Assembly (NCBI GenBank): GCA_008632985.1
Contig: QPGO01000036.1
Coordinates: 186,001-250,000 of the forward strand
Reading direction: 5' to 3'
Source: Psammoneis japonica
Taxonomy: Eukaryota
Length of the DNA: 64,000 bases
In this document: in pieces, positions 37,186-49,670 of the stretch
How the letters are laid out: the number at the start of each line of letters is the position of its first letter
How positions within the stretch are numbered: position 1 is the stretch's first letter
Made by a program: the position numbers and the translations under genes
Notes under the pieces: model-generated
Told to the model about the DNA's origin: nothing
What the model saw: the letters and a program-made list of their open reading frames with translations, nothing else
The model's database searches: none

Positions 37186-39242
37186 ATGGATGAAGCCGTC
37201 ACTGACACTTCGAATCTTGGCCTTGAGTTCCTCGTTGTGTCGGTGTGTGACCGTGTGCACTCTGCAATGGCATTATTGCCCGCAAATTTGACTGATTTTC
37301 TAAGCAAGAAGTGCAATAGCAACAGTTCGACTATATCATAGCTGTCGAAGGATACGTAACGAGTGCAGCAAATACCTACAAGCCAGTTTTGATTCTGTCA
37401 AACGTAAAGGTACTCGAACACACGGCACCACTTGCAGCATCGGAAAGACTGTCACTCCAACCAATCAAGTACCAACCCAAGCATGTTCAAGGAGGAAACG
37501 CTGGATCATTTTTTGCTGAATCGCTGGAATCCTATTCAGACGCTGATTTGGCCGGTTCGAATGCGGTTGCGACGTTTGCATCGAAATCCGACTTGGTTCA
37601 CGAGCAACTTGGCGAGGTTTCGAAACTACTCGCACAGCACTCGGCCCACATGACCTTGCACAGTCACGCTACCACGGAGAGCAACAATTCCAGTCCAGAA
37701 TCTTCAGTGACAAATTACATTGTGGCCGTCAAGGAGTTCTCATCTTCGCAATTGGACCGACAAGAAGCAAGTTTAGTGACCCACATTGAGAGGGCGCAAA
37801 AGGCTGAGGAAGTCGTTCAACGCCATACGGCAGCATTGCAAGCTGCAATTAGCTACAAGGGAGACCTAACACCCGAAATACTTTGTCAGTGGCATTCGTT
37901 ACTCATGAGTGACGGAAAGAATAATGACGCGGGAAGGTTTAGACAAAAGGCTGTACGAGCAGGTCGTACTCGTTTTGCTCCTGTGGACCAGATTCAGACG
38001 CAAGTCGAGAAACTCTGTCTTGGCGCACGGACGTTGGCTTCTCGGCTTCGGCACAAGAGTGAGGATAGCGAAACTTGTTGTCTTGACAAGATTACGTTTG
38101 TTACGATTGTAATGTTTGCTCTCGTCGACGTACACCCGTTTAGCGACGGAAACGGACGCATGGCACGAATTTCCGCCAATTGGGCACTTTCCAAAGTCGG
38201 GTTCCCCTTTTCGATACAGTTATTTGCGACGCGAACTCAACGTCAAGAGTACCTTCAAGCGCTGCAAGATACAAGAAGAAACACGCGATTGGTGATACGT
38301 GGTAACGTTGGTGACAAATCTCAGGCCTCTTGTGTTCTTAACGAGTCTTTTTGTTCCGTGGGACTCATGTTGCCGGTGGTCAGACTGTTGCTGGACCGCG
38401 TGTCCAAGGCATGCCATGAGTTGCAAGAAGTCGTCTCGTCAAAAAATCTGTTGGTATCGGAAGAGGCAGAAGCAAGAGCAGCTCGACGATTTCGGGAGAA
38501 GGCAGCAGAAGGGAATTGTATTATCTGCTTTGATGAAAAGCCAAACATTGCAACCTTGTGCTGTGGCAAAGCTGTTCATCTCAATTGTATTGCACAGTGG
38601 CTATCGTCGAAAGATTCCTGCCCGCAATGCCGAGCACAAATGCCCACAATGGAACGTGTTGCGCCTGCGGCACCTCCGCCAATAGATGAGCAAGCTGAAA
38701 CTACGACGGAATTCGAGGTCGGCTTTGATGATACTACGACGGAGGATTCATATAATGAAACTACAGTTGATGACCATTATGACCATACGACGGAAGAGGA
38801 GCTGGAAATTCCAGTGGATGTTCAACATAGTGATGTAGAAGAAGAAGAAGAAGACACCACAAGCGACCACTCTACAATTGTTGTTGATGACGGCGAGGAG
38901 CCCGACGCCGAGGACGACGATGCCAATAATGATCATTACAGTACCACAACAGACGACGAGACAATGATTGTTGAACAAGGCACAACCACCGTTGATGAGA
39001 CGACGACAATGGACGATGCAGAAGACGACCACCACGAAACAACCACAACCGACAGCTTCGATTCAACAACAGAAGAGGACACAGAAGCAGCCTCGCCACC
39101 GACCCAGCAACTTCATCCACCCATTTGCAGCCATCCCCACTGCAGAAATCGATCTGCTCTAGGATGTACTAACAATCTATGTGGCAGATGCTGTGTCCTT
39201 GATGGCTATTATCGCTGCGATAGGCACAGTCAAAATTATTGA
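37186..39242 (+). CDS. Fic-domain (AMPylase) / RING finger / acidic tract / SHI-STY-like Zn finger fusion protein; first exon tentative (37186-37242)
   Basis: Canonical Fic motif HPFSDGNGRMAR. RING CIICFD…CCGKAVHLNCIAQW…CPQCR. D/E/T-rich linker. C-terminal CSHPHCRNRSALGCTNNLCGRCCVLDGYYRCDRH. Confidence 0.85.
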
Positions 39243-39292
39243 TGATACCTCAGTACGGTAAACATAGCTGACTAGATGCACGCAACCATAAT

Positions 39293-40075
39293 TCAATCTG
39301 AAAGCGCAGCAACTAGATTTTCAGAATCTGTCACCGATCCAAAGATACCCCCCTGTGCTGTGATCATTTGTAGTGCGACCCGATGAAACTCATCAAAGAA
39401 CGAAGCACAGGCATCCGAAACTACGATGCAATGGTAGCCACGATCATTTGCTTCTCGCACAGTGGTATGTACACAAACTTCAGTTGTCACACCACATACC
39501 AACAGTGTTTGAATGTTTCTGGCTCGCAGCATTGTTTCTAGGTCAGTCGCATAGAAAGATCCCTTGCCTGGCTTGTCGACAATAGGTTCTCCGGGCTGCG
39601 GATACAATTTTTCAATTATATCATGACCCGGTTCACCTCGAATCAAAATACGTCCCATCGGCCCAGGTTCTCCAATGCTCCGTCGAATAGATCCGTCCTT
39701 TTGTTTCTTTTCGTTTTTGTGTGCATAAACATCCGACATGCACGGTCGATGGCCCTCTCGGGTGTGAATGATTAGCAATGCAGCTTGCCGTGCTGCCGCT
39801 AGAACTTTTCTGCATGGTTCAACCGCGGCTTGCAATTTACTCACGTCGTTACCAAGGATTTCACCAAAACCCCCCGCCTCCAAGAAATCGCGCTAAAATA
39901 GAAAAAGAACACAAAGAGAACGCCTCCCCTACCTGTGAGACTCATCGATTTCCATGACATTGGTTCACCCACTACCCACCTGCATGTCAATTACTATGAG
40001 TGCGGTACGAGAAGTATCAATGGATCCATCAACTGGTTCCATTGACAAGTCTACGATACGGCTTTCGTTTACCAT
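39293..40075 (-). CDS. Isochorismatase-family cysteine hydrolase, triuret/biuret hydrolase (TrtA/BiuH)-like; intron ~39979-39893
   Basis: TALIVIDMQ|RDFLEAGGFGEILGNDV, HTREGHRP, GPMGRILIRGEPGHDII, DKPGKGSF, GVTTEVCVHTTVREANDRGY and AQGGIFG. The D-K-C triad is present. Confidence 0.88.
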
Positions 40076-41510
40076 CTTGGCTAACCCTTATCGGCTGCCA
40101 GCTTAGCTGCCGGCGGAGTTGACAGAACTTTTAACTTTTGTGATCAATCCTCTCCTGTCCTCTCCGCGCCGCTTTCCGTCCCAGCTCTGTGATGGGTTTT
40201 GGGGGGGTTAGTGACTCCAAGAGAGGGGGGGAGGGGAGAGGAGAAAGAAGGAGGAAGAGGGGAGAAAGAAAGGGAGAGAGGAAGGGGTTGCGAGTGCAGC
40301 GAGCTTGATCTATAATGTGGAAGTGGTTTTGAGAGCAATTCTCACAATTCTTTCTCCATTTTCGCAACCCGATGTGTCAGATCTCCGGGTGACTCGCATG
40401 TTGAAGTAAATTCGTGCGAGGCACTGACACGGACATTGTGGTGTTGAAGTACTCATGGTATGATTTCTACGTAGAAATCTACGTCGTGTCAGTCGTTTCC
40501 CTCCGACACAACACAAAAAAATCGACCATGACAGCCACAAGAGCCGGCAGTCGACATTGCCGCCGTCACTTGTGCTGCTGCTGTACCAACAAAGCACGCA
40601 TTACAATTCTCTATGATAAATGAATATGTGAAAAGAAAGGTATGAAAAACGCAAAAAATGGATGAGAAATGCCTTGGCACTTTTTCCATTTGTAGAACTC
40701 GTCACTCACCTCTTGTGTTGCAATTTCTGTTCGTTCTTGACAGATTGAAGAGCCCTCCTTAAAGCTTAGAGTATTTTGGCATCCCTCTTTCTATGGTTTG
40801 TATTGAAACCATTGTGGCTCCAGTCTAATCTTCACCCGTCGTCAATGAGCGTTAGCTAGCCATTGGAGCGGTGTTTCAGGATTATTGGAAATGGTGCTGC
40901 GAGGGGCGTTGCCGCAGGCGCTATTGAAACTCGATTTGAAGGGATTGACAGCCATGTGTTGGTTATGGTTGCGGTTTGTGTCGGTTGGTAATCTACAATC
41001 TACCACTTTTGGAAAAGTCCGTGTATAAGCGGCAGACGAGGTAGCCCTCGTCTATAAATGACACGGGCTACTGCCGAGGTTGCTGACTGCAGCAGCGCCT
41101 CGGTAATTTTTTTCTGCAATGATGTTCATGTGGCCCCACCTCTGAACATTGAGACGGCCAACGAGAGCCAAGGGGTGGCTCCCCGGTGAGGCGTTGACTG
41201 GTGCTTCCAAGGACGGGAGTGCCTTCAACCGCCGCAGACCCGAATCTCTGGTGCGATAGGGTTCACCTGCCCTTGAAAGGTGGTGGTTGGGTGTGGTATT
41301 GTGATGAAGTATGTGGAGGACACAACAACCAACAGTTATAGAAGTGTGGTAGACAAGAAATAAAAAAGTGAATTCACATAACTCATGGAAACTCAGCTCT
41401 GTTTCGAAAACAATGCTGTGCGTCTCTAGGCTAGATCGCTTCTAGCAGCTATCTCACGAGAACGTCAACATCAGTAGCAATACATAAAATATACCTATTA
41501 ATGATAATAT

Positions 41511-44500
41511 CTACCTCCTTGACTGCTGTCTCTTTGGGCAATCCTTAGAATGTGCGGGTCGACCTCTTGGTCGGCACCCCGCCACACTGTAGCTTTGCTG
41601 CAGCTTGCATTGTAGGAAGACAGGACAACAGTACGGGTCAATGTCCTGCTTCCTTTGATCCCGTATCGGATCATTAAGAATTGAAAGAGCTGGTTGCACT
41701 TGATGTGGAACAGATGGGAGGGCTGCACTCATGCTCGATGCAAAAGCAAGCTGCTGTGATAGGGTGCTTCTCATGGCCTGCAGCATGTTGAACTGCTTCT
41801 CGACTTGAACATGAGCCGCATTAAGCAATGGAGTGTCATCCATACACACAGGTTCAACCACCACCTCGGGAGCCATCGCAATTTCCACAACACCACATGT
41901 AGGTTCAACGGTTGTCGCCGCTGCGGTTTCCTCGTCGTCACGGTTTCCAGCTTCTGATCTTGTTGTTCGCTTGTATGGATTTACGACCGGTTTTGTCCCA
42001 CAGAGATTGCACATACATCGATCTGTCTCGGGGTGTGGAGCAATTGTTTCATTTCTGGCATTCTGCTCCAGCAGGTACTGGGACAAGAAACGCTCGCCGG
42101 TGTCCCCCTCGAGTTCCCTCACATGCGGATATGGTGCTTTCTTCCCCTTCTTTAATGCAAGGTTGTTGACTTCAATTAGATCAAGTACATTCCGATGAGT
42201 AACCACACCCCGAAAGTCATATGGAATCTTGGCTCGCGCCGTTGCATCCATTTTCTCGATTCGCTCCTTCTCTTCGATTGTTTCATTGTACAAAACTAAT
42301 CCCTCCAAAGTAAGCAAGTCCATCAATGAATGTCTCATTCCACAATTTCCATAATGTGCCAGTGAATCGTGTGCCTTCTCCAATTTGGATTCGGGTCCTA
42401 GTGGCGTTCGCCACTTCACCAGTTTTGCTTTCGACCGCAGGGACGGCGCTACAGGCCAGCACTGCTCCGACTTCGGCACTGGAGTGTCCAATCCCTTCGA
42501 GGTTTCTTTAGCATTCAAAACTGCATCCTTTGTGTCGGTTGTAAATGGCGACAGTCCACTGTCTGGATCTAGACGCCCTCCAGCAGCGGGGGCTCCGTCA
42601 GAGGCAGTACACTTGTATCGAGCAAACCAATCCTCGAGCAACGTGAGCCTTTTCTCCAGCGGGTGCCTCCAGAGACGAATGCATTCCTGGTAGTGCTTCC
42701 ACCTTGAAGAGTGTATGATGTCGTGTGTCTCCTCATCAGAATGCTTCTTGTTGTTTAGCGTGCCATCCTTCAAGGCTTGTATCACAGCTTGGCGGTCGGA
42801 CCATTCGGCATATGATGCGGTTGCTTTGAGATCACTGACAGCTTGCCAATAATCAGCATGTTCTTTTCGGAGCGTTCTTGCAATTCGGTGCATCCAATGA
42901 AAGAGCCCAAGGAGACAGATTGTGTTCATTCCGAATGTCGTCTTCCACAACTCCGACTTGTTCGGCCAGGTGTCGCTGCAGTGGAGTTTTGGGCGTACGT
43001 TCTTTCGCCTGGCAAACTGTTCTGCCGCGTGAGCAAAATCTTTTGCTTCCAATGTTGGGGTTGGGCAAGCGGTTCCCACCTGCCCCTTTTCGTTGCACAT
43101 GGTGAACAGGCCTGCTGCTCCGCCTGCTTTCTTTGAGCAGTTTTTGAGAATTTGAAAAGTGTGGTCGGATGCGACGCTCACGGCGGCTCCAACCATCTGC
43201 AACAATCTCGTGCACCTGTCACACGAGGACGTGTCAAGAGCCGTCAATTTCGATTTGCCAGATTCGTCATAAAGATCAAGAAGTGCTGAGGGTGATGGGC
43301 TGCACCCGCCCATCCAATCCTCGAAAGACACCCACTCTTCGCTTTTGTCGATGGCTCGGCAGTGGTGCTCTTTCTGGAGGTCCACGAAATGGGCGGCTCG
43401 CATTTGGTGCAGCATGTGCGAGAACTTGTCCCCATTTGCGTGCGTGACAATAAAGGACTCAAGGAGTCTTGCAGTTTCCTTGGTGAGATGCCACTTGTTG
43501 CTTGCACTAGCATGCTCAGGCAATGTTGGACATGCTGACTGCAGGCTTTTTGGCAGCTTGTGCAGAAGTCGACCGTCGTCACCCTTGCATCGAATTTTGC
43601 ATTTGTTGCATTCGTGCCACATTGACACCGCCACACGCGTCTTCCCGCTGATGCAATGTGTTGGTGTCGCCCCACCATGTCGAGCAAAGTCCGTACGATC
43701 ATGAATCATTTCCCCGTCGCACTCTCCGTCAATGCAGGAGAGATAGATGTTAGGACAGTTCAGCTCCCAACAAACGATGCACACTGTCATGCCTTGCAGC
43801 TGATGGCAGCAACAATCAGGCGGTGAAGTGCAGTCATCCTTGGGAACTTGAAAAGACATTGCACCAGGAGGAAAAGCACCATCCTTGACCTCCAGAATCT
43901 CATTGAGCTTGGGGCTTTTTGCTGCAGCAACAGGACACTTGTTGCTGCCTTGCTCGAATCTCGGCTTGACAGAATCCAACAGACAACTGACAAGAGCACT
44001 CGCTGCAGCCGGGCACTTCGTCCTCTCCTCTGAGTTCTCACACTTTTTCACGTGTGCTCGAATCTCTCGTTTCAAAGTCTCAACCGAAAATTTAGCATCA
44101 GTGGCCGACTTGTGGGTATTCTCGGCGCGCTCCATGGGGCCTGCAGCATCAGCCACCCCCGAATTCACCGGCTTGCATGTGTTGGCAACACCTGGAGGAG
44201 GCAACACAGCTTGAGCTGCAGGTTTCTGTTTTCCAAAATGGTCTCGTATGGTTGACACTCCCTTTTCTGGAGCATCCGGAATCGTGTTGTTTGTTTCGTG
44301 AAGCTCTTTGTCACGTCGCTCTGCATCCATGGTGGCTTTGGTGACGTTCACTTGCAAGTGCCTCTTTGAAAATTTGCATGTGGGATCATGGCCATGATGA
44401 CATGTAGGACCTTTGTCACATCTCTTGCATGTCTTCGTTCCGTCGTCTACTCTTGGCACCTTGCGCCCACTAAAATCGCTCTGATGCGTCCGCTTCTGGC

Positions 44501-44642
44501 GTGTGTGCGCTTGGCTTTTGCTCGTTTTGATGGAGCCTTTGCGTTTCTGGGATTGAACTCCCATGTTGCTAAAGAAAGGATGCAGCTGCCGCTCTGCAGC
44601 CACTTTTGTTGGAGCAGATTCTTCGGTTACGTCCGTCATCAT
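41511..44642 (-). mobile_element. DDE transposase-like ORF (MULE-related / DUF6729-type), 1043 aa, partly hypermutated at TpA
   Basis: Motifs SDHTF (D1), NEKGQV, SDTWP (D2), LGLFHWMHR (MULE-like xxH) and SKLEKAH…LEGLVLYN (E). N-terminal CxxC-H-H-C and C-terminal Cys/His clusters. Element termini were not identified. Confidence 0.72.
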
Positions 44643-46398
44643 CGAAGCACCAGTAGAGATTTACTTTTCTCTCTCGTGGGTTTTTTTTGTGAGAGAATTT
44701 TTCTCATCGCGTGAGAAGTCTGTGTTGTTGTGATTTTCCGTGGCGCGAAAGGAAGAGATTGTCGGTCTCCGCATCATTCTGATTCTTGTGTCTGCTTTTG
44801 GAGAGCTGTCTCAACCTCCTCGTCCCTAAGTGATTGCGTCAGATTTTCCAAAAAAATGTTAATTAATTGATCGGAAAGTCGAGGACTTTCCGAGAGTCTC
44901 CTCTAAGTAGAAATCCCAAATGCTGAATTCTGATTGGCTCTCGTAGCGCCATTCCTAATCCTCCCTGCGGACACGTGTGCTGTAGAAATTAACCCCCGTT
45001 TTTAACCAAATACCCACCTCGATCGACTAACAGTATACAGATACGAAGTTCATCACACTTTTGGGGGCCTAGAATGGGGGTGGACGTTAGTTACTTGCCA
45101 ATCACTGAATGTTGACTCTCGCACTTGCCCGTGTAATAAAGGTGCTCCACGAAAAGTTAGTTCTATTTTGAAATACCAGATACCATGAACAATACATACC
45201 TATTACAATCTCGCAAGACATCGGTTTAAAGAGTATGAGACCGATAATGCTCATATCTTGTGTATTTTGTGGCTCTAGAGCGGGGGTCAAAGTTGGAAGT
45301 CTAGCTAATTCTTCCAAAAAATTTGAGTCGAGTGGTTCATGCGGGATTCAAGACACGTGACTCACCTTACGTGAAGGGAAATTGACCCTTTCTCGACAAC
45401 GAGATTAGAAGATGATAACATCAACACAAGACCTCTTTCATGGCTATATTCTATTCTCTAATCCATGGCTGGCCTCGTGACAACTATATTTGACCTCTTT
45501 CATGCTATAGATAGGCCAAGTAATCCATAAAAACTCATTACAGGCAACACACTTCTGTTTTCACATTTGACATTTGTGTCTTTGCGATCAATCTAGAGTA
45601 GATACGAGCAAGGGAGGAGCTCTATTCACTACTATTTATCATTCTATAGAATGGAAGCATCAGAATAATATTGTCAACGTTGTTTGACTGCTTTTTTCTT
45701 GAACCGTACGCCAACTTCATTCTGCATTTTCACTGCCATCCGCCCGACTCTCCCCCATTCAAGAATACTTGGCTGAATGCGTTACAGTTGCTTTATCAAA
45801 GTCTTATAAATATTCGTCTGTTCAATACCATTGATCAAATGGGATAGATGATATGACGACGACGTTGGATTCGTTCATGTGCTCATGCTAGGAAAGACAA
45901 CAAGAATTGTCTGCGGCGGCAAGAGAGTTGAGTGAGACAACAAGTGGTGAGCCTTGGACATGTTGATAACACAATTTTGATTTTAAATTTACTTGCCTTT
46001 TTATAAACTCGGACTTTAACACATCGGGGTCCGAAAATCCGGCAAATGGTGAGTTGATGCGTTGTGTGCATGCAACATGGCGTCACGACAAAGCGAAGCG
46101 GTATGTTTCAATATTTCTCGCCAAAATGAACGTCTCCGAATGGACAATTACAACCGTATATCAATGAGGGTCTAATAGAGCTTCTGTTGTAATGGTCCAA
46201 AAAACGACGAATGTTTAGACACCTTATCTACCGCGTCAATGTCATCGTCGGCTCCGGCTCCGGCGGGTTTTTGACAATTTCTCCGTGTTGTCACCACGGG
46301 GATGGTCTGTACGCTCATCCGGAGCGCGCCGGCCATGCCAGTTTGAAGTTACAGTACTGTACGTACAGTTTAGTAGAGTATGGTAGGCCATACCCAAC

Positions 46399-46441
46399 AA
46401 GGAACCCGGATCCAAGGCATTGCCTTGGATCCGGGTTCCTT
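46399..46441. repeat. Perfect 43-bp palindrome (21-bp arms, 1-nt centre)
   Basis: aaggaacccggatccaaggca-t-tgccttggatccgggttcctt. Confidence 0.95.
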
Positions 46442-47302
46442 TTCGGCACAATAGAGCGCGCGAGGCCCTTTTTCTTTGAGTCTGTCCGCCATCAAAACTT
46501 CCCGTGCTTTTAGTAGTGCGAGAAAAAACAGAAAACAGCAACCAACCATGGAGAATACATCGTTTGCGAAGGCGTATGCATTCAAGTCTGAGTTGGTATC
46601 ATAGCAGTAATCTCTCTTATGGCACTGTGTAAAGGTTATGGTAAGTTGGTATCAACGGAGACTTGCAACGACAAGGCTATTTTTTGAAACTTCAACTGAC
46701 AGCACGTTTTCCCTCGTTGTTGTTGCTTCCATACCGTCGGACATTGTTTGCAGTGGCCAAAATTCATGGCATCGTGTAGTGTAACAATACTTCATCAATC
46801 TCTCAAGCGCAACTCGCCCATCATGCCTGCAGCACGGAATTGACGACGTATCTGTGTTGTGAGGAAATGAGCGATGGCGAAAGATGGAGAGCGTCGACAG
46901 CAATGCGGGGCGCTAACATAAACGGCGTTCCGAGTTACAGCAATCCCTCTATACTAAATCAGTTTTACAATATTGCATCAAAGATTTTCTCTCACTCCGT
47001 CTTCGCTTCAGACGAGACCGTCCTTGGCATCAAACGTTGGCAGTTCAATTTTCTCACAGTGTTCCCCTAATCCACTACTTCCAGTTGAGCTGTGATTCAT
47101 TACTCCATTTGCATTCCTTGTAAACGAGTTCCCTTTTACTCGCTCAACTAAAGCGACTCGAGGTGGAGGAGCATGCGACACTCGAAAGCCGAAGGGCGAA
47201 GCAAGGCCACAGACGTAGCCCTACTACTCTCTAGAGAGACCTCCCAGTTGGGAGTGGGCGAAGGCTGGAAGGCGGCGGGCCAGGAAGCATACCGGTACCT
47301 GA

Positions 47303-48694
47303 ATGATGAACCAAACGAACACCGGCAACCGGAGCCCTAAGAAGCACCATCGACCAGCAACGGATGAAGTGTTGCCCTTGATGAATTCTATTTTCGTGGG
47401 TAGCTTCAATATGAACAACGAGGACTTATCATACAACGATGCTGCAAGTTGGTTGCAAGAGGCGAAACATGCCGATCTAGTCGTGCTCGCCATGCAGGAA
47501 TGCGGTTCATGCCGCTTGGACGGCTCCATGCCGTTGCCAGAGAATCAGGAACAGCAAGACAGCTGGTGTCGAAAACCTCAGCTGGATCGAAGCGATACTC
47601 TTCTCCACAGCATACAAGATGCATTGAATGACGGCTACAAAATTGTTGCTGATGTTGCCATGGGCGAAAGCGCGACAGGGAGAAAAGTTGCGATTGACGG
47701 GGAACCCGATACGGAGTGGTATGGATACATACGAATGATTGTTCAGCTAGGACAGGTATGTGATAAGACCGTCTTCATCTCATTTCGATACCTTTTCTTG
47801 TTCACAATTCTTCTTTCTTTCATGAAGAACTCGCAGACAAATTATCGCGCCAATGTAGGACGCTGGTCTGTCCTGTAGGGTCCAAGCCATCGGTTGATTC
47901 TCTTACATCTCAGTTACCAGATTATCCTGTTGATGCGAGTCCTGATAAGGGTGCCGTTTGCGTAGCTTTAGGAAGCGACTTGTGGCTCGTCAATGTTCAC
48001 CTCGCTGGTACAAACCAGTACAATGTGAACGAGGAGCACTTTGATGAAATCAGAAAGTACCAGTTAACGCGGATACATGAAATGTGTCAACCTTACGGGC
48101 ATTGTATTGTTGCTGGGGACTTTAATTTTCGATGCGAAATCCATCCGAATGAAAAGAGTCGTGGCGGACTAGACTTTCAGGCTGTCCACGAGATTGTCAA
48201 GTCAGCTGATTGTGAGGCTATTGGCAACTTGTATCGTAAGCATGATCGACTTATTCAGCTCGTCAATAGCAATGACAATACCCGTTACTTTTGAAGGACA
48301 CAAGTAATTCCTTTTGTTACGGATTCAAGGAGAATGAGTACGTCATGCCTACATTCACTTTTACACGGGATCTGAAGCGAGAAGAGAAGAGCGGCAAGAA
48401 TTGCCGATCCTACTCAGATAAGCGTACGCCATCGTGGACAGATCGAGGTAGGTGGGCTCAGTTTCAAAATTCCCCTTGATGGTTTTCTGTGTCCGTAAGG
48501 TCTCACCAACCAGTCGCACTATTTCTTGTGTACGTCCTCAAACAGTTCTGTTCTCGAACTCGTTGCGAGACAAGCAGGGATTTTATATCATACCGGTATC
48601 CGTCAAAACTCACCCCGATATTGTGATAAGTGACCATATTCCGGTACATTGTCTGTTCACTCACTCGAGAAGCACTTCAAACCAGCTGGAATGA
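47303..48694 (+). CDS. Inositol polyphosphate 5-phosphatase-like (EEP superfamily), 2 introns, apparent 1-nt deletion at 48289-48292
   Basis: IFVGSFNMN, DLVVLAMQEC, DKGAV, VNVHL, AGDFNFR, PTFTF, RTPSWTDR|VLF and SDHIPV motifs. Confidence 0.88.
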
Positions 48695-49337
48695 AGTCGG
48701 AGGAGCGAGATTTCTAGTCGGATGTGGCACGCTTCGGACAAACAAAAAAATTCCAGGACTCCATCGGACAATTGTTGCTGCTCCAATCCTGTCAATCGAG
48801 TCTATTTCGCCTCGTTCGGATTCCCTCCTCTCGGCCACTTACTTCGGTCTTCCGCGCCTTTCGGAGCAAGTGCTTCTGCAATGATAAGCAGCGAGACAGT
48901 TGGTACAGAAGTCAAAGCCGCAGTCACCGCAAGTTGCCTTTTCTGCAGCTCCCTTTTCGCTGCGAGCGACTATCCAACTGCAGGTTTCATTTGGGCATCG
49001 TGCGTATTCTGACGGGTCCTTACCGAGAGCTTGGTCACGCTTTAACGTATCAATCTCAATAAAAAGGGGGTGACATTCGATTTTTCTCAGTATTCAATCC
49101 CTGGTTACTCTCTAGGGCTGTTGGAGGTTGTGGATGGTAACTAGTCGTGGCTTTCGGTGGATGAGGTTCAACTGTATGCCTCATTTGGCTACATGAGGTG
49201 CCCGTTCCTGCTTTCTTTTACCTTGCAAGGTGATTCTGAATTTTTTGCTTGGCTTTGAATGTGAGGGTACCGTAGTTGCTGGTCGACCGTGAATTTCCAT
49301 TCGTGCATTGACAGTTGGTAATAGTGTGGGGTAATCT

Positions 49338-49410
49338 GTAGCTAGAGCTTAGCTACTAGTAGAGCTAGTTCCTACTCTATGGCTACCGGTAGCTAGCTCT
49401 AGAGAGAGAG
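49338..49410. repeat. TAG/CTA-rich low-complexity island
   Basis: gtagctagagcttagctactagtagagctagttcctactctatggctaccggtagctagctctagagagagag. Confidence 0.8.
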
Positions 49411-49670
49411 TCGAAGAGATTCGATGATGATGATTCGTCGACCTGGAGACCGTCTAGCTACGGTATGATACAAAGAACCTCGACGACCGGGGGACAGACG
49501 ATCTACCACTTCCTACGTTCGTGAGTGTATGTAGAGACTGTACCACGGAGTACGTAATGTTATCAGCACCCACGGCGCACATCCGCATTGGGAATGAACG
49601 CATTGCGGTTGATAGTGTTCGTTGTTGTTGTTGTCGTCGTCGTCGTTGTTGTTTTCGTTGATAACTTACC

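Noticed and set aside
40130..45100. Terminal inverted repeats or TSDs for the transposase element
   Set aside because: G-rich and purine-rich tracts at ~40200 and ~45060 do not form a convincing inverted pair by eye.
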